Positions 28,575 through 39,834 of a stretch of 64,000 bases of DNA are shown one piece after another (the stretch's first letter is position 1; each line of letters opens with the position of its first letter). This DNA comes from an uncultured delta proteobacterium (GTDB lineage: Bacteria > Myxococcota_A > UBA9160 > UBA4427), in contig CAWGJT010000005.1 of the NCBI GenBank assembly GCA_963822965.1, positions 1,760,001 to 1,824,000 of the forward strand, in the 5' to 3' direction. Both the position numbers and the translations under genes were made by a program. The notes beneath the pieces are model-generated. The model saw nothing but the letters and a program-made list of their open reading frames with translations. It searched no databases and was not told the DNA's origin.

Positions 28575-28958
28575 ATGCCTTCGTGGCTCACGTTCGCGCT
28601 CATCGGGATCATGGCGGGCATCGCCGCCGGCCTCTTCGGACTCGGGGGCGGCGTCGTCCTCGTTCCGGCGCTGATCTACTGGGCCGGGTTCTCCCAGCAC
28701 ATGGCGACGGGCACGAGCCTCGCAGTGCTGCTGCCGCCCATCGGGCTGGCCGCGACGCTCGAGTACTACCGCAACGACAACGTGGACTTCCACGCGGCGG
28801 CGATCCTGGCCATCGGGCTGTTCACGGGCGCCTGGGTCGGCGCCTACCTCGCCAACCACATGAGGGGACCGACCCTGCGGCTCCTCTTCGGCGTCTTCAT
28901 CACCGGCCTCGGCGTCTACCTGGTGCACGGGGCGGTCCGCCGGCTGGGCTGGCTGTGA
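28575..28958 (+). CDS. Short TauE/SafE (TSUP)-family membrane protein
   Basis: GLFGLGGGVVLVP and ATGTSLA; 127 aa. Confidence 0.85.
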   Translation: MPSWLTFALIGIMAGIAAGLFGLGGGVVLVPALIYWAGFSQHMATGTSLAVLLPPIGLAATLEYYRNDNVDFHAAAILAIGLFTGAWVGAYLANHMRGPTLRLLFGVFITGLGVYLVHGAVRRLGWL

Positions 28959-28975
28959 CACGAGGCGGAGGTCGC

Positions 28976-29773
28976 GTGGAAGGAGGAGACGATCGCCCGC
29001 AGCCGAGCCCCCGAGATCGCCTGATCGACCTCGTCCAGCGCCGGATCGCGCGGACGAGCTCTCCGCGGTGGCAGCTCAGCGTCATCCTCGTCCTGACCGG
29101 GCTCTTCGGCTTCCTCACCTCGCTGCTGCTGCTGTGGCTGGGACTCGATCACATGGGCTGGCGGTACCTCGTCGCCTTCTCGACGGCCTATGCGGTCTTC
29201 CTGCTGTCGCTCAGGGTGTGGGCACGCACGTACCGCGAGAGCTACGACCCGTCCGACCTGGTGGACACGCTGAACGTGGGCGTGGATCTCCCGGCGGGCT
29301 CGCCGTCGCCCCCGATCCCCGAGCCCTTCGAGGGATCGGGGGGCTCGTTCGGAGGAGGTGGAGCCGGCGGCTCCTGGCACGAGGCGGTCGCGGATCCGGA
29401 CTGGCACGCCGACGTCCCGAGCGTTGGCGGTCACGCCATCGACGTGGCCGGGCCGGGGCTGCCGCTGGACATCGACGAGGGCTGGGTGTTCGTGTTGCCG
29501 GCGGCGGTGGCGTTGTCCGGCCTCGTAGCGGTGGGGTTCGTCGTCTACTCGGCTCCCGTGCTCCTGGCCGAGCTCGTTCTCGACGTCGTCATCCTGGGTG
29601 GCGTGTATCGCCGCCTGAGAGGCATCGAGCCCCAGAGCTGGCTCTGGGGCGCCATCCGGCGCACCTGGGTGCCCGCCCTGGCCCTCTGCATTCTCGTCGT
29701 GGGCCTCGGCTTCGTGCTCGAGTCCATTGCACCCGGGGCACGCACCATCGGCGAGGCGTTGGCGGCCGGGTAG
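28976..29773 (+). CDS. Hypothetical membrane protein
   Basis: GGAGG RBS, several TMs, 'GGSFGGGGAGGSW' Gly-rich motif. Confidence 0.7.
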   Translation: MEGGDDRPQPSPRDRLIDLVQRRIARTSSPRWQLSVILVLTGLFGFLTSLLLLWLGLDHMGWRYLVAFSTAYAVFLLSLRVWARTYRESYDPSDLVDTLNVGVDLPAGSPSPPIPEPFEGSGGSFGGGGAGGSWHEAVADPDWHADVPSVGGHAIDVAGPGLPLDIDEGWVFVLPAAVALSGLVAVGFVVYSAPVLLAELVLDVVILGGVYRRLRGIEPQSWLWGAIRRTWVPALALCILVVGLGFVLESIAPGARTIGEALAAG

Positions 29774-29782
29774 ATGTGCGGC

Positions 29783-30340
29783 TCACGCGCGCTGCATCGC
29801 GTCCTGCTTCTCGCGCTCGCCGAGCTCGATGTTGGCGAGCAGCGCGTCCACGGTCACGCGCTCGCCGCCGGAGAGGTTCCGGTACAGGGCGGCGGGCGTA
29901 TAGATGAGCCCCCACGGAAAGCCCCACCAGCCCAGCAGGAAGGTGGCGGTCGTGTAGGCCGCGTTCGCCCAGCCCGTGGACTCGACGCCCTTGACGTAGA
30001 AGCGCGACGGCGTGCGGAAGGTCATGAGCACCATGGAGACCACGGTCGTGAAGCGAACGAGCTCGGTCTGCGGCGTGATCCGAACGTCGCGGAACATCGC
30101 CGTGCCCTCCCGGACCGCGGCGTGGTTCATCCCGAGCCAGTGGAGGAAGTGGTCCTCAGTGGTGCCCCGCGCCTTGTTGGCCTTCCAGAGGCGGCGCACC
30201 CCCCAGCAGACGGCGGCCATGATGGATGCCACCACCAGACAGCCCAGGGCGGTGGACTGGTCGCCGTAGTACACCGCCGAGATGCCGAGTCCCAGGATGC
30301 CGATCGGTACCAGCCAGAAGAGAGTCCCGATTCTTTCCAT
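29783..30340 (-). CDS. Hypothetical membrane protein
   Basis: Two N-terminal TMs and an 'LLGWWGFPWG..YTP' motif; AAGGGG RBS. Confidence 0.7.
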   Translation of the reverse strand: MERIGTLFWLVPIGILGLGISAVYYGDQSTALGCLVVASIMAAVCWGVRRLWKANKARGTTEDHFLHWLGMNHAAVREGTAMFRDVRITPQTELVRFTTVVSMVLMTFRTPSRFYVKGVESTGWANAAYTTATFLLGWWGFPWGLIYTPAALYRNLSGGERVTVDALLANIELGEREKQDAMQRA

Positions 30341-30759
30341 GGGTGAGTCCCCTTGCAGAAGCGCCGGGACGGCGCACCACGCGGTACGTCGGCCGCCCGG
30401 AAGCCGCGCTTGAGGCCGCCGGCGCGAGGAGGCACCTCGACACCGAGCCAAGTTGCCGAAGGCCCCCAGACGACGGGCTTCACACCTGCGTGGCCGCCCT
30501 CCCGGCCGTGATAGAATGGCGGGCAGCGAGGCCTCCCCATGATCCGATCGCGACCGAGGCATCTCCTTCTGGGCGCACTGCTGGTCGCATTGGCCGGAGC
30601 TCTCGCCCCGACGGGGTGCGAGGTCCGCCAGGGGGTGTACGGCCTGACCCTCGACAGCAGCCTGGTGTCGGGATGCTTCCCGCCGCTGGCGTGCCCGGTA
30701 GTGCTCGCGGAGAGCGTCAGCGGAACCTTTCGGCTCACCGCCGCACCGTTCGCGGCGCC

Positions 30760-31287
30760 CTACAGCAGCGAGCCCTGCTGGCACCTTCGGCCCTGCTCCA
30801 TGGCGAGGAGCCAGGCCTTGAGGTCGAGGCCGCCGCCGTAGCCCTGCAGATGGCCGTTGCTGGCGATGACGCGGTGGCAGGGCACGACGAGGGAGACGGG
30901 GTTCGCACCGTTGGCGGCGCCGACGGCGCGGGTGGCGGTGGGGCGGCCGAGAGCGGCGGCGATCTCCGCGTAGGTTCGCGTCTCGCCGAACGGGATGCCC
31001 GCCACCAGCTCGTACACCTTCGTCTGGAAGGGAGTGGCGCGAATGTCGAGGGGGACGTCGAAGCGGTCGCGCTTGCCTTCGAGAAACTCGACGATCTGGC
31101 CGATGGTGCGCCGGTTCGGCTCGAAGCCCTCGCGGACCACCGCGCCCGGGGCATGGCGGCTGCGCCAGCCCTCGAAGCCGCGACCGCTGGGGTGGGGAAG
31201 CTGGACGTAGGCCAGACCTCGGGAGGTGCTGGCGACTCGGAACGACCCGATGGCGGTCTCGAAGTCGGCCGTATGGATGACGTCCAT
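30760..31287 (-). CDS. ogt: Methylated-DNA--protein-cysteine methyltransferase
   Basis: TPFQ..V..IPFGETRTY, RAVGAANGANP, VPCHRV active site. Confidence 0.95.
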   Translation of the reverse strand: MDVIHTADFETAIGSFRVASTSRGLAYVQLPHPSGRGFEGWRSRHAPGAVVREGFEPNRRTIGQIVEFLEGKRDRFDVPLDIRATPFQTKVYELVAGIPFGETRTYAEIAAALGRPTATRAVGAANGANPVSLVVPCHRVIASNGHLQGYGGGLDLKAWLLAMEQGRRCQQGSLL

Positions 31288-31341
31288 CGGCGGGGATCGT
31301 AACACTCACGCTGCCGGATCTTCAATCGAAGAACGCGGGAA

Positions 31342-32838
31342 TCACTCGGCGCCGTCGCTTCCGATCTCTTCTTCACGGATGGCGAGGCGCTTCATCATCT
31401 TCTGTAGCGACTGGCGGGGAATGCCGAGACGTTCGGCGGCCCGGGTCTTGTTGCCCGTCTCGCGCAGGGCGCGCACGATGAGCAGGCGCTTCAGGGCGTC
31501 CACGGCCAGGGTCATGTTGGCGGCGCCCACGACCTCGCTCGCCACGTCGCCCACGTCGCTCGCACGGCCGCCCCCGCGCACGTGCTCCGACAGCATCTCG
31601 ACGCCCACGATGCGCTCGTCGCCCGCCAGCGCCACCAGACGCTCGATCTCGTTCTCGAGCTCGCGCACGTTGCCCGGCCACTGGCAGGCCGTGAGCCGGT
31701 CCATGGCGGCGTTCGTGAAGCCGGCGAGACGGCGGTTCATCCGCTGGCTCACGCGGTCGAGGAAGTGGTGCGCCAGGGCCGGGATGTCCGAACGGCGCGC
31801 CCGCAGGGGCGGCACGTCGATCTCGACGACGCGCAGGCGGTAGAAGAGGTCCTCGCGGAAGCGCCCGGTCTCGACGGCCTTGGTGAGATCGCGGTTGGTG
31901 GCGGCGACGACGCGCACGTTCACCTTGCGGGTCTCCGAAGAGCCCAGGGGCCGGATCTCGCCGTCCTGGAGCACCCGCAGCAGCCGCACCTGCATGCCGG
32001 GCTCGGTCTCGCCGATCTCGTCCAGGAAGATGGTGCCGCCGTCGGCGATCTCGAAGAGGCCCTGCTTGTCGGCGTGGGCGCCCGTGAAGGCCCCTCGCTT
32101 GTGGCCGAAGAGCTCGCTCTCGAGCAGCGTGTCGGGCAGCGCGCCGCAGTTCTGGGCCACGAACCGCTTGTCCTTGCGGGGGCCCGTGTAGTGGAGGGTC
32201 TTGGCGATGACGTCCTTGCCGGTGCCGGTCTCCCCCGTGAGGAGCACCGTTGCGTCGGTATCGGCCACCTTGTGCATCACGTCGAAGACCCGCTGCATGG
32301 CCGGGCTGTCTCCGATGATGCCCTCGTAGGAGTAGCGGCTCTCGACCTCGCGGCGGAGGTAGACGTTCTCGGCCCGCAGCTTCTCGTTGGCCTGGGCCAG
32401 GGCGTCCGCCAGCTTGGTGTTCTTCCAGGCCAGCTCGTACGCCTCGAGGGCCCGCTTCACGTTCACCCGCAGCTCGTCGGGCTCCCAGGGCTTCGGCAGG
32501 TAGCGGTAGATGCGCCCGTCGTTGATGGCCCGCACCAGGGAGTTCATGTCCGCGTAGCCGGTGAGCAGCATGCGGATGGTGCGGGGGCTGCGCTCGCTCA
32601 CGTGTTCGAGGATCTCGACGCCGGTCATGCCCGGCATCACCTGGTCGACGATGATGAGGGCGATGTCCTCGCTCTCGAGCAGCGCGAGCCCTTCCTCACC
32701 GGTCGTGGCGGTAAAGACGCGGTACTCCGGGGCGAGGGTCAGCTCGAGAGACTCGAGGATCGCCTCCTCGTCGTCGACGACCAGGATCCCGTAGGGGCTG
32801 CCGTCCCGTTCGCTGCGTGCGGCCTCGATCTCGCTCAT
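31342..32838 (-). CDS. Sigma54-dependent response regulator (REC-AAA-Fis HTH)
   Basis: Receiver domain, GETGTGKD, GAFTGA, WPGNVRELEN, C-terminal HTH. Confidence 0.95.
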   Translation of the reverse strand: MSEIEAARSERDGSPYGILVVDDEEAILESLELTLAPEYRVFTATTGEEGLALLESEDIALIIVDQVMPGMTGVEILEHVSERSPRTIRMLLTGYADMNSLVRAINDGRIYRYLPKPWEPDELRVNVKRALEAYELAWKNTKLADALAQANEKLRAENVYLRREVESRYSYEGIIGDSPAMQRVFDVMHKVADTDATVLLTGETGTGKDVIAKTLHYTGPRKDKRFVAQNCGALPDTLLESELFGHKRGAFTGAHADKQGLFEIADGGTIFLDEIGETEPGMQVRLLRVLQDGEIRPLGSSETRKVNVRVVAATNRDLTKAVETGRFREDLFYRLRVVEIDVPPLRARRSDIPALAHHFLDRVSQRMNRRLAGFTNAAMDRLTACQWPGNVRELENEIERLVALAGDERIVGVEMLSEHVRGGGRASDVGDVASEVVGAANMTLAVDALKRLLIVRALRETGNKTRAAERLGIPRQSLQKMMKRLAIREEEIGSDGAE

Positions 32839-32859
32839 CGCCCGCCCGTCACCCACCCG

Positions 32860-33822
32860 TCACCGCGACCGTGCCTGCAGCTTCTCTTCCAGGCGGTCGA
32901 TCACCCGGGCCTCGAGGTTCACGCCGTCCAGGCGATCGACCTCCTGCATGCCCGTGGGGCTCGTGATGTTGATCTCGGTGAGCTTGCCGCCGATCACGTC
33001 GATGCCCACGAGGAAGAGCCCCGAGGCCTGGAGCTCCGGGGCGATGCGCTCGACGATGCGGCGGTCGGCCTCGCTGATCTCGGCCTGGACGGGCCGGCCC
33101 CCGACGTGCAGATTCGCGCGCACCTGGCCGTCCCGGGGCACCCGCAGCAGGGCGCCGAGCACCTCGCCTTCGAGCAGCAGGATGCGCTTGTCGCCCAGGC
33201 TCACCTCCGGGACGAACTGCTGCCCCATCGCCCAGCGCGAGTCGAAGCCCGTGGCCTGCTCGAGGATGGAGCCGACGTTGGGATCTCCCTCCACGAGCTG
33301 GAAGATGCCCTCGCCGCCCTTGCCGTCGAGCGGCTTCACGATGATGTGGCCGCCCATCTTGCCCATGAAGTCCCGCAGGTCGGCCGCATGGCGGGTGACG
33401 ATGGTCTCGGGCATGAGATCCGCGTAGCGGATCGTGAAGATCTTCTCGTTGAAGGCCAGGATGGCCCGGGGCGAGTTGAGCACCAAGGTGCGGGTGCACA
33501 GCTCGAGGAGCTGGGTGGCAGTGATATAGGCGCTGTCGACGGGGGGATCCACCCGCTGGAAGGCCGCGTCCACCTCTTCGTCCAGGACGAGACGGCGCGA
33601 GGGGCCCTTGTCCACGTGGTTGCCCCGCTCCCGGCGCAGGGTGACCGGGGTCACCCGGGCCACCGTACGCCCCTCCGACACCGACAGGTCGGAGGGATTC
33701 ACGTACAGAACCTCGTGGCCCCGGGACTGGGCCTCGAGCATGAGGGCGAAGGTCGTGTCCTCGTCGATCGAGACGCGCTCGATCGGATCCATGACGAACG
33801 CCAGGGTCCGAGGCTCGCTCAT
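32860..33822 (-). CDS. gshB: Glutathione synthetase
   Basis: FVMDPIE, DPPVD..Y, NEK, KPLDG.GG, GDKRI, RANL..GG, EINITSPTG. Confidence 0.95.
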   Translation of the reverse strand: MSEPRTLAFVMDPIERVSIDEDTTFALMLEAQSRGHEVLYVNPSDLSVSEGRTVARVTPVTLRRERGNHVDKGPSRRLVLDEEVDAAFQRVDPPVDSAYITATQLLELCTRTLVLNSPRAILAFNEKIFTIRYADLMPETIVTRHAADLRDFMGKMGGHIIVKPLDGKGGEGIFQLVEGDPNVGSILEQATGFDSRWAMGQQFVPEVSLGDKRILLLEGEVLGALLRVPRDGQVRANLHVGGRPVQAEISEADRRIVERIAPELQASGLFLVGIDVIGGKLTEINITSPTGMQEVDRLDGVNLEARVIDRLEEKLQARSR

Positions 33823-34145
33823 TCGGGGGAACTGCCTCTCAGATTGCGGGGACGAACACACGCCGGCCGGAGGAGTTTGCGATCTCACGCAGCGCTACGC
33901 CAGCGGGACTCCCTCCTGGAGGCCCTCCGGCGGGCCCCGGCCGCCCACCCGCTCCCGCATCGGGGTCCGGCCGCGTCCACGGAATCGCCGTGGGAGCCCA
34001 CGCCAGCTGCTGCGATGCCCGAACCGGGGCCCGAGGCTCAGACGATGACCCGAAAGCGACGAAGAGAAGGAAGGCAGACTCCTGCGCCCTCCGGTAGCGG
34101 AGTGCGCCCGGCGTCGGCTAGGGTTCGATAAGTACTGGAGTTCGC

Positions 34146-36849
34146 ATGGCTTTCATCCGGCCCGGGGGGTTCCGGATCCTACTGGTGGCTTTCGTGGTGC
34201 TGGGCCTGGCCTCGGCGGGCGCGGGCTACTGGTTCTACGGGAGCTTCCTCAGCGATCTCCCGGACCTGAAGAGCGTGCGGGACTTCCGCCCGCCCATCGC
34301 GAGCGTGGTGCTGGACCGCAACGGCCGGCCCATCGGCGAGTTCTTCAAGGAACACCGCCACATCGCGCCGCTCGACAGCATCCCCGACTACACCCGGCTG
34401 GCGTTCGTCGCCGCCGAGGACCAGAACTTCTTCGAGCACTCGGGGATCGACTACCAGGCCATCCTGCGCGCGGCCTGGGTGGATCTCCGGGCCGGCGAGA
34501 TCAAGGAAGGCGCGAGCACGATCACCATGCAGCTCGTCAAGCAGCTGCTCCTCAGCCCCGAGCGCAAGTTCCGGCGCAAGATCCGCGAGATGATCCTCGC
34601 CCGGCAGATCGAGTCGCGCTTCAGCAAGGACGAAATCCTCTACCTCTACGTGAACCAGATCTACTTCGGCCACGGCGCCTGGGGAATCGCCGAGGCGGCG
34701 CGGTCGTACTTCGGCAAGGAGGTGCAGGACCTGTCGGTGTCCGAGTCGGCCCTGCTGGCGGGCCTGCCCCAGCGCCCGTCGGAGTACTCGCCGTTCCGCA
34801 ATCCGGTCGCGGCCGAGAAGCGCCGGCGGTCGGTGGTGCGGCGCATGCTGAAGATGGGCGCCATCGACCAGGCCGCCTACGAGACCGCCATGGAGGACGT
34901 GCCGGTGCTGGCCTCCGGGGAGCCCGACGAGGACTTCGAGGCCGCCAAGTACTTCACCGAGGAGGTGCGGCGCTATCTCTACGACCGGCTCGGCGGTGAC
35001 ATGGTTCTCGAAGGCGGTCTGACGGTCGAGACCACCCTCGACGCGGGGCTGCAGAAGGTGGCGGTCCGAGCCATCGAAGCGGGTCTCGAAGCACACGACC
35101 ATCGCTACGGCTACCGCGGGCCCGTGCGTCGGGTCGCCAAGGCCGACATCGAGAGCGAGATCGAGAAGCTCGCCGTCGAGAACGAGCTCGTCGAAGAGAA
35201 GAAGCCCGAGGAGACGCTCCCCCCGCTCGACCTCGACGCCGACGTCGACGAAGAGGGCGAGCTGGTCGCCGCGGAGGACGCGGAGGGGGCGGAGGCCGAG
35301 ACCGCGGCCGAGGAGGCCGTCGCCGCCAGCGAGGCCGCCGGGACGGACGCAACCGCCGCCGCCGAGGGCGAGGAGGCCGAGGAGCCCGGACCCGAGATTC
35401 CCGCCGACCGACCCGTGCTCGGCGTCGTGACGAACGTGGACCGCAAGGCCGAGATGGCGCGCGTCGCGTTCGCGCCCGGGCTCGAGGCCGAGGTCCACCT
35501 CGCGGACGTGGACTGGGCGCGGAAGCCCCATCCCGAGCGAAGACCGTACGCCGTCAGCCACATCACCCACATCTTCTCGACGGGCGACGTGGCGCACTTC
35601 GAGCTGATCCCGGAAGGCGAATCCCTGGCCGACGACTCGCCCGCCCCGAAGCCGCGGGAAGGCGAGGAGCCGGCTGCGCCGCTGCCGCGCGTCGCCCTCT
35701 ACCAGGTGCCCGAGGTGGAGGGCGCCCTGCTGTCCATCGAGATCAAGTCCGGCGACGTCCTGTCGATGGTGGGCGGACGCGATCAGGACCACAGCGAGTT
35801 CAACCGCGCCACCCAGGCGATGCGGCAGCCGGGCTCGTCCTTCAAGCCCTTCATCTACGGGGCCGCGCTCTCCCGCGGCTACACGCCCGTCTCGATCCTC
35901 TACGACCGCCCGGTCGTGGTCGAGGACCAGGAGTCGGGCTTCGTCTGGCGGCCCCGCAACTACAGCCGGCACTTCTTCGGGCCCATGCCCATGCGCAAGG
36001 CCCTGGCGCACTCGGTCAACAACGCCACCGTGCACCTCTTCCGCGACGTGGGCGTGGACTACGTGATCGACTACGCCCGACGGCTCGGCATCCACTCGCC
36101 GCTCACCCGCGACCTCACCCTGGCCCTGGGCTCGAGCGGCGTCACCCTGCTGGAGCTGACGAGCGCGTACGCGGTGTTCCCGAACGGCGGACGGCGGGTC
36201 GTGCCGCGCTTCATCCGCCGGGTGACCGACCGCGACGGCCAGGTGCTGCTCGAGGACGTGGCGCTCGGCAATCCGCCGCCGCCGGTCCTGAAGCCCCTGA
36301 ACGACCCCGGCGGCTCGAAGAACGACTCGCGACGTCTACCCGGACGGCGAGATCCTGCCGAGCGACCGCATCGTCTCCGAGGCCGAGGCGTTCCTCATGT
36401 GCGACCTGCTGAAGGACGTCGTCCAGGAGGGAACGGGCCAGGGCGTGAAGCGGCTCGGACACAACCTCGGCGGCAAGACGGGCACCACCAACGACCAGGC
36501 CGACGCCTGGTTCATGGGCTTCTCGCCCGACATCGCGACCGGCGTCTGGGTGGGCTACGACTCGGTGAAGCGGCTCGGCTGGGGGGAGACGGGCGCCAAG
36601 GCCGCGCTGCCCATCTGGCGCGACTACATGCGGGCGGCCCTGGTGGGACGGCCGGATCGCGACTACGAGGCCCCGGCGGACATCGTCTACGAGCGCGTCG
36701 ACCCCGAGACGGGCCTGCTCGCGGACGCGAGCACCCAGGGCGCGTACTTCCAGCCCTTCCTGGAAGACACGGCGCCCACCGAGTATGCGAGCAAGCGTTC
36801 GAAGGTGACGGACACCCGGCGTGCTCTTCGCGAGGACGCCTTCCAGTAG
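34146..36849 (+). CDS. mrcA: Penicillin-binding protein 1A (apparent frameshift near 36330)
   Basis: AAED..F..H.G, GASTITMQ, RKIRE (GT51); RQPGSSFKP, SVN, and GKTGTTND in the shifted frame. Confidence 0.93.
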
Positions 36850-36910
36850 GCTCCGCACGACCTGCGCACCGCACGGCCCCACGGCCCTGGGCGCCAGAGG
36901 AGAAGCCAGA

Positions 36911-38140
36911 TTGCGGAAGCCGGGGCTCGGGGACGCCACGAGCACGACGTCTTCGAGGCCCGAGTGGCGCCCCGTGCAGCAGCCGGGGCTGCTGCATCCC
37001 GTGCTGCCGCAGCTCGCCGACCTGCTGGCGGGCGCGCTGCAACGCCTGGTCGAGGAGACCCGGACCAGCCGGGCCGCCGCCTGGGCACCCGAGACCGGCG
37101 CGCGTCCCATCCTGGTGGCGGTCTACGGCGATCCCAGCTTCGACCCGCCGTGCGAAGCCACCCTCGACTCGTTGTTTCGGCTGGCCGGCGCCACCGACCT
37201 CGGGGCGCCCGGCCTCGACGACCGACTCGTGGAGTTCTCCCGCAAGGCGGGCTTCGCGGCCGCCGTGCCGCTGACAGGCGCCGCACCCATCGCGGGCATC
37301 TTCCTGGGCGAGGGTCCGGACGATCGTGCCGGCCAAGCTCGTCCCCGCACCCTCGCCGCCCTCGACGGCCTGGCCCAACGGCTGCAGGGCCCGGCCGCCA
37401 CGGCCGCGGCCATCGGCCAGCTCGCGGCCCACCAAGACGAGCTGATTCGGATCACGCGGCTCGCCACCCTGGGCGATCTGGTCGCCGAGCTGGTGCACGA
37501 GATCCGCAATCCGCTCGTCTCGGTCAAGACCTTCCTGCAGCTGCTGCCCGACAACCTCGACGATCCCGACTTCCACACCAACTTCCGCAAGGGCGTGGAG
37601 GACGAGGTGCGGCGCATGGAGCGGCTGCTCGATGCGGTGATCCAGCAGGCCCGCCCCGGAATGCCGCCCGCCGGCGAGCCCGCCGCGGCGGCCCTCGGCA
37701 CCACCCTCGAGGCGGTGGGCCGGCTGCTCGAGAAGCGCGCCATGGAGAAGCGCCTGCGCCTGGTGGTGGACGTCGGCCCCGACCTGCCCCGGGCCGCGAT
37801 CGACGAAGACGCGCTGCGCCAGATCGTCCTCAACCTGAGCCTCAACGCCTTCGAGGCGACGCCCGAGAAGGGCAGCGTCGTCCTCACCGGCAGCCGCGGC
37901 CTGCTGGAAGGTCGCGAAGCGCTCGAGCTGACGGTGGACGACGAGGGACCGGGCGTACCCGAGGCGGAGCGGACCCGGCTCTTCGAGCCCTTCTTCTCCA
38001 CGCGCGAAGAGCGGCCGGGCGGCCTCGGCCTCACCGTGTGCCGGCGGCTCGTCGGCCAGGCCCGCGGCTCGATCCATGTCGAGGACGCCCCCGGCGATCG
38101 AAGCGGCGCGCGCTTCTGCGTCCGCCTGCCCGCCGCGTAG
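36911..38140 (+). CDS. Sensor histidine kinase
   Basis: HEIRNPL H-box, NL..NA, DEGPG, FEPFFST, GLGL. Start uncertain. Confidence 0.88.
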   Translation: MRKPGLGDATSTTSSRPEWRPVQQPGLLHPVLPQLADLLAGALQRLVEETRTSRAAAWAPETGARPILVAVYGDPSFDPPCEATLDSLFRLAGATDLGAPGLDDRLVEFSRKAGFAAAVPLTGAAPIAGIFLGEGPDDRAGQARPRTLAALDGLAQRLQGPAATAAAIGQLAAHQDELIRITRLATLGDLVAELVHEIRNPLVSVKTFLQLLPDNLDDPDFHTNFRKGVEDEVRRMERLLDAVIQQARPGMPPAGEPAAAALGTTLEAVGRLLEKRAMEKRLRLVVDVGPDLPRAAIDEDALRQIVLNLSLNAFEATPEKGSVVLTGSRGLLEGREALELTVDDEGPGVPEAERTRLFEPFFSTREERPGGLGLTVCRRLVGQARGSIHVEDAPGDRSGARFCVRLPAA

Positions 38141-38156
38141 CGGGGCGACCCAGCGG

Positions 38157-38927
38157 CTACGAGGTGGGCAGGAACTTCGTGAACTCGCCGGCGCTCCAGC
38201 CGCCGTCGGCCACGAACTCCGAGCCCGTCGAGTAGGAGCTCTCGTCCGAGGCCAGGAAGAGCGCGAGCTGGGCGATCTCCTCCGGCCGGCCCGCCCGGGG
38301 AATCGGATAGCGGCGATAGAACTCGTCGATGTTCTTCATCTGGGTCGGGTTGCCCATCAGGGTGTCGATGCCACCCGGATGCAGCGAGTTGACCCGGATG
38401 CCGTGATGGCCGAGCTCGATGGCCGCCACCTTCGTCATGCCGCGGATCGCCCACTTGGTGGCCGCATACGCGATGATGGCGTTCTTCGCCTGCAAGCCGT
38501 CGATGGACGAGACGTTGATGATCGAGCCGCCGCCGGCCCGCTTCATGGGCTCGATGACCGAGCGGATGCCGAGGAACGTGCCCACCTGGTTGATGCCCAC
38601 CACCCGCTGGAAGTCGTCGAGGGTGGTGTCGACGATGGACGCGAAGTGCACGACCGCTGCGTTGTTGACGAGGATGCCGAGGGGGCCCAGGGCCTCGGCG
38701 GCCGTCAGGGCCGCCGCCCAGTCCGCCTCGTTGCGCACGTCCATCTTCAGGGCGACCGCCGCGTCGCCCAGGCTCTTGGCCACCGCCTCGACCTCGTCGA
38801 GGACGTCGCCGAGCACCACCCGAGCCCCCTGCTCGACGAAGAGCCGCGCCTCGGCCTCGCCCTGCCCGCGCGCGGCCCCCGTGATGATCGCCACCTTGCC
38901 GGCCAGCCGTCCCGTCGCACCCGCCAT
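38157..38927 (-). CDS. SDR oxidoreductase (3-alpha/20-beta-HSD-like)
   Basis: TGAARGQG, NNA, YAATK. Confidence 0.92.
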   Translation of the reverse strand: MAGATGRLAGKVAIITGAARGQGEAEARLFVEQGARVVLGDVLDEVEAVAKSLGDAAVALKMDVRNEADWAAALTAAEALGPLGILVNNAAVVHFASIVDTTLDDFQRVVGINQVGTFLGIRSVIEPMKRAGGGSIINVSSIDGLQAKNAIIAYAATKWAIRGMTKVAAIELGHHGIRVNSLHPGGIDTLMGNPTQMKNIDEFYRRYPIPRAGRPEEIAQLALFLASDESSYSTGSEFVADGGWSAGEFTKFLPTS

Positions 38928-38985
38928 TGCGCTGCATCCTCTCGGTTTCGCTTTCCGCTGGAGCGGCGATGGTACGGCTGGCGAG

Positions 38986-39834
38986 CTACGGCTGCGAGTC
39001 CGGAACGCCCGCCGGGCGATCGTGCATCGGTCCCCGGGGCAGACCGCCGTCCACGTCCGTGAAGCCGTACTCGTCGGCGAGGTCGCGCGACGCGAAGGCG
39101 CGGCCCGTCTTCGCGTGCACGCCCGCGTCGCTGGCCAGCGCCACCACCGCCCGGCCCGTGAAGCGCTGGGACTCGGCACCGGACGTGTCCAGCGCGGGCA
39201 TCGCCCGCCCCACGCGCTGGATGCGCTCGGTGAGCACGAGACCCGGCCACAGGGACACGACGGTCACGCCGTGCTCCTTCAGCTCGTGGGCGGTATCCGC
39301 CGTGATGCGGTCGAGGGCGGCCTTGCCCACCCCATAGGCCACGTGCCACGCATACTCGGCGGCACCCGAAGAGCTGATGTTCGCGATCAGCCCGCTGCGC
39401 TGCGGCACCATCACCCGGGCCGCGAAGCGGCTCGCCACGTAGGCCGAGCGCGTGCCCACGTCGATCATGTCGTCCCAGTTCGAGATGGGCACCTCCCAGA
39501 AGGGAAGGCCCGAGGTGAGCTCCTTGGGGATGAGGAAGGCGTTGTTGACGAGCACGTCGAGGCGGCCGGTCTCCTCCACGACCCGCTCGAAGAGCGCCTC
39601 CACCTCGTCGTCGCACCGGTGGTCGCAGCGCACCGGGACGCCGCGTCCGCCCAGGGCGGTCACCTCGTCGGCGGTGGCGCCGATGGTGCCGGGAAGCGCC
39701 GCCGCGCCCTCCTCGAGGGTGCGGCCCGTCACGTAGACCGTCGCACCCGCCGCGCCCAGCTCCAGCGCGCAGCCCTTGCCGATGCCGCGGCTCGCCCCGG
39801 TGACGATCGCCACCCGTCCCGTGAGGGCGCCCAT
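38986..39834 (-). CDS. SDR oxidoreductase (DHRS1-like)
   Basis: TGASRGIG, VYVTGRT, YGVGK. Confidence 0.92.
   Translation of the reverse strand: MGALTGRVAIVTGASRGIGKGCALELGAAGATVYVTGRTLEEGAAALPGTIGATADEVTALGGRGVPVRCDHRCDDEVEALFERVVEETGRLDVLVNNAFLIPKELTSGLPFWEVPISNWDDMIDVGTRSAYVASRFAARVMVPQRSGLIANISSSGAAEYAWHVAYGVGKAALDRITADTAHELKEHGVTVVSLWPGLVLTERIQRVGRAMPALDTSGAESQRFTGRAVVALASDAGVHAKTGRAFASRDLADEYGFTDVDGGLPRGPMHDRPAGVPDSQP

Noticed and set aside
33830..34140. Structured ncRNA or riboswitch between gshB and mrcA
   Set aside because: GC-rich hairpins are possible, but I recognise no family motif; an Rfam scan would be needed.
12037..38937. Long antisense or alternative-frame ORFs (e.g. 12037-14460, 15866-18406, 20316-23240, 31582-34131, 37123-38937)
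   Set aside because: Arg/Ala/Gly/Pro-rich shadow ORFs overlapping well-supported genes, as expected at this GC content.
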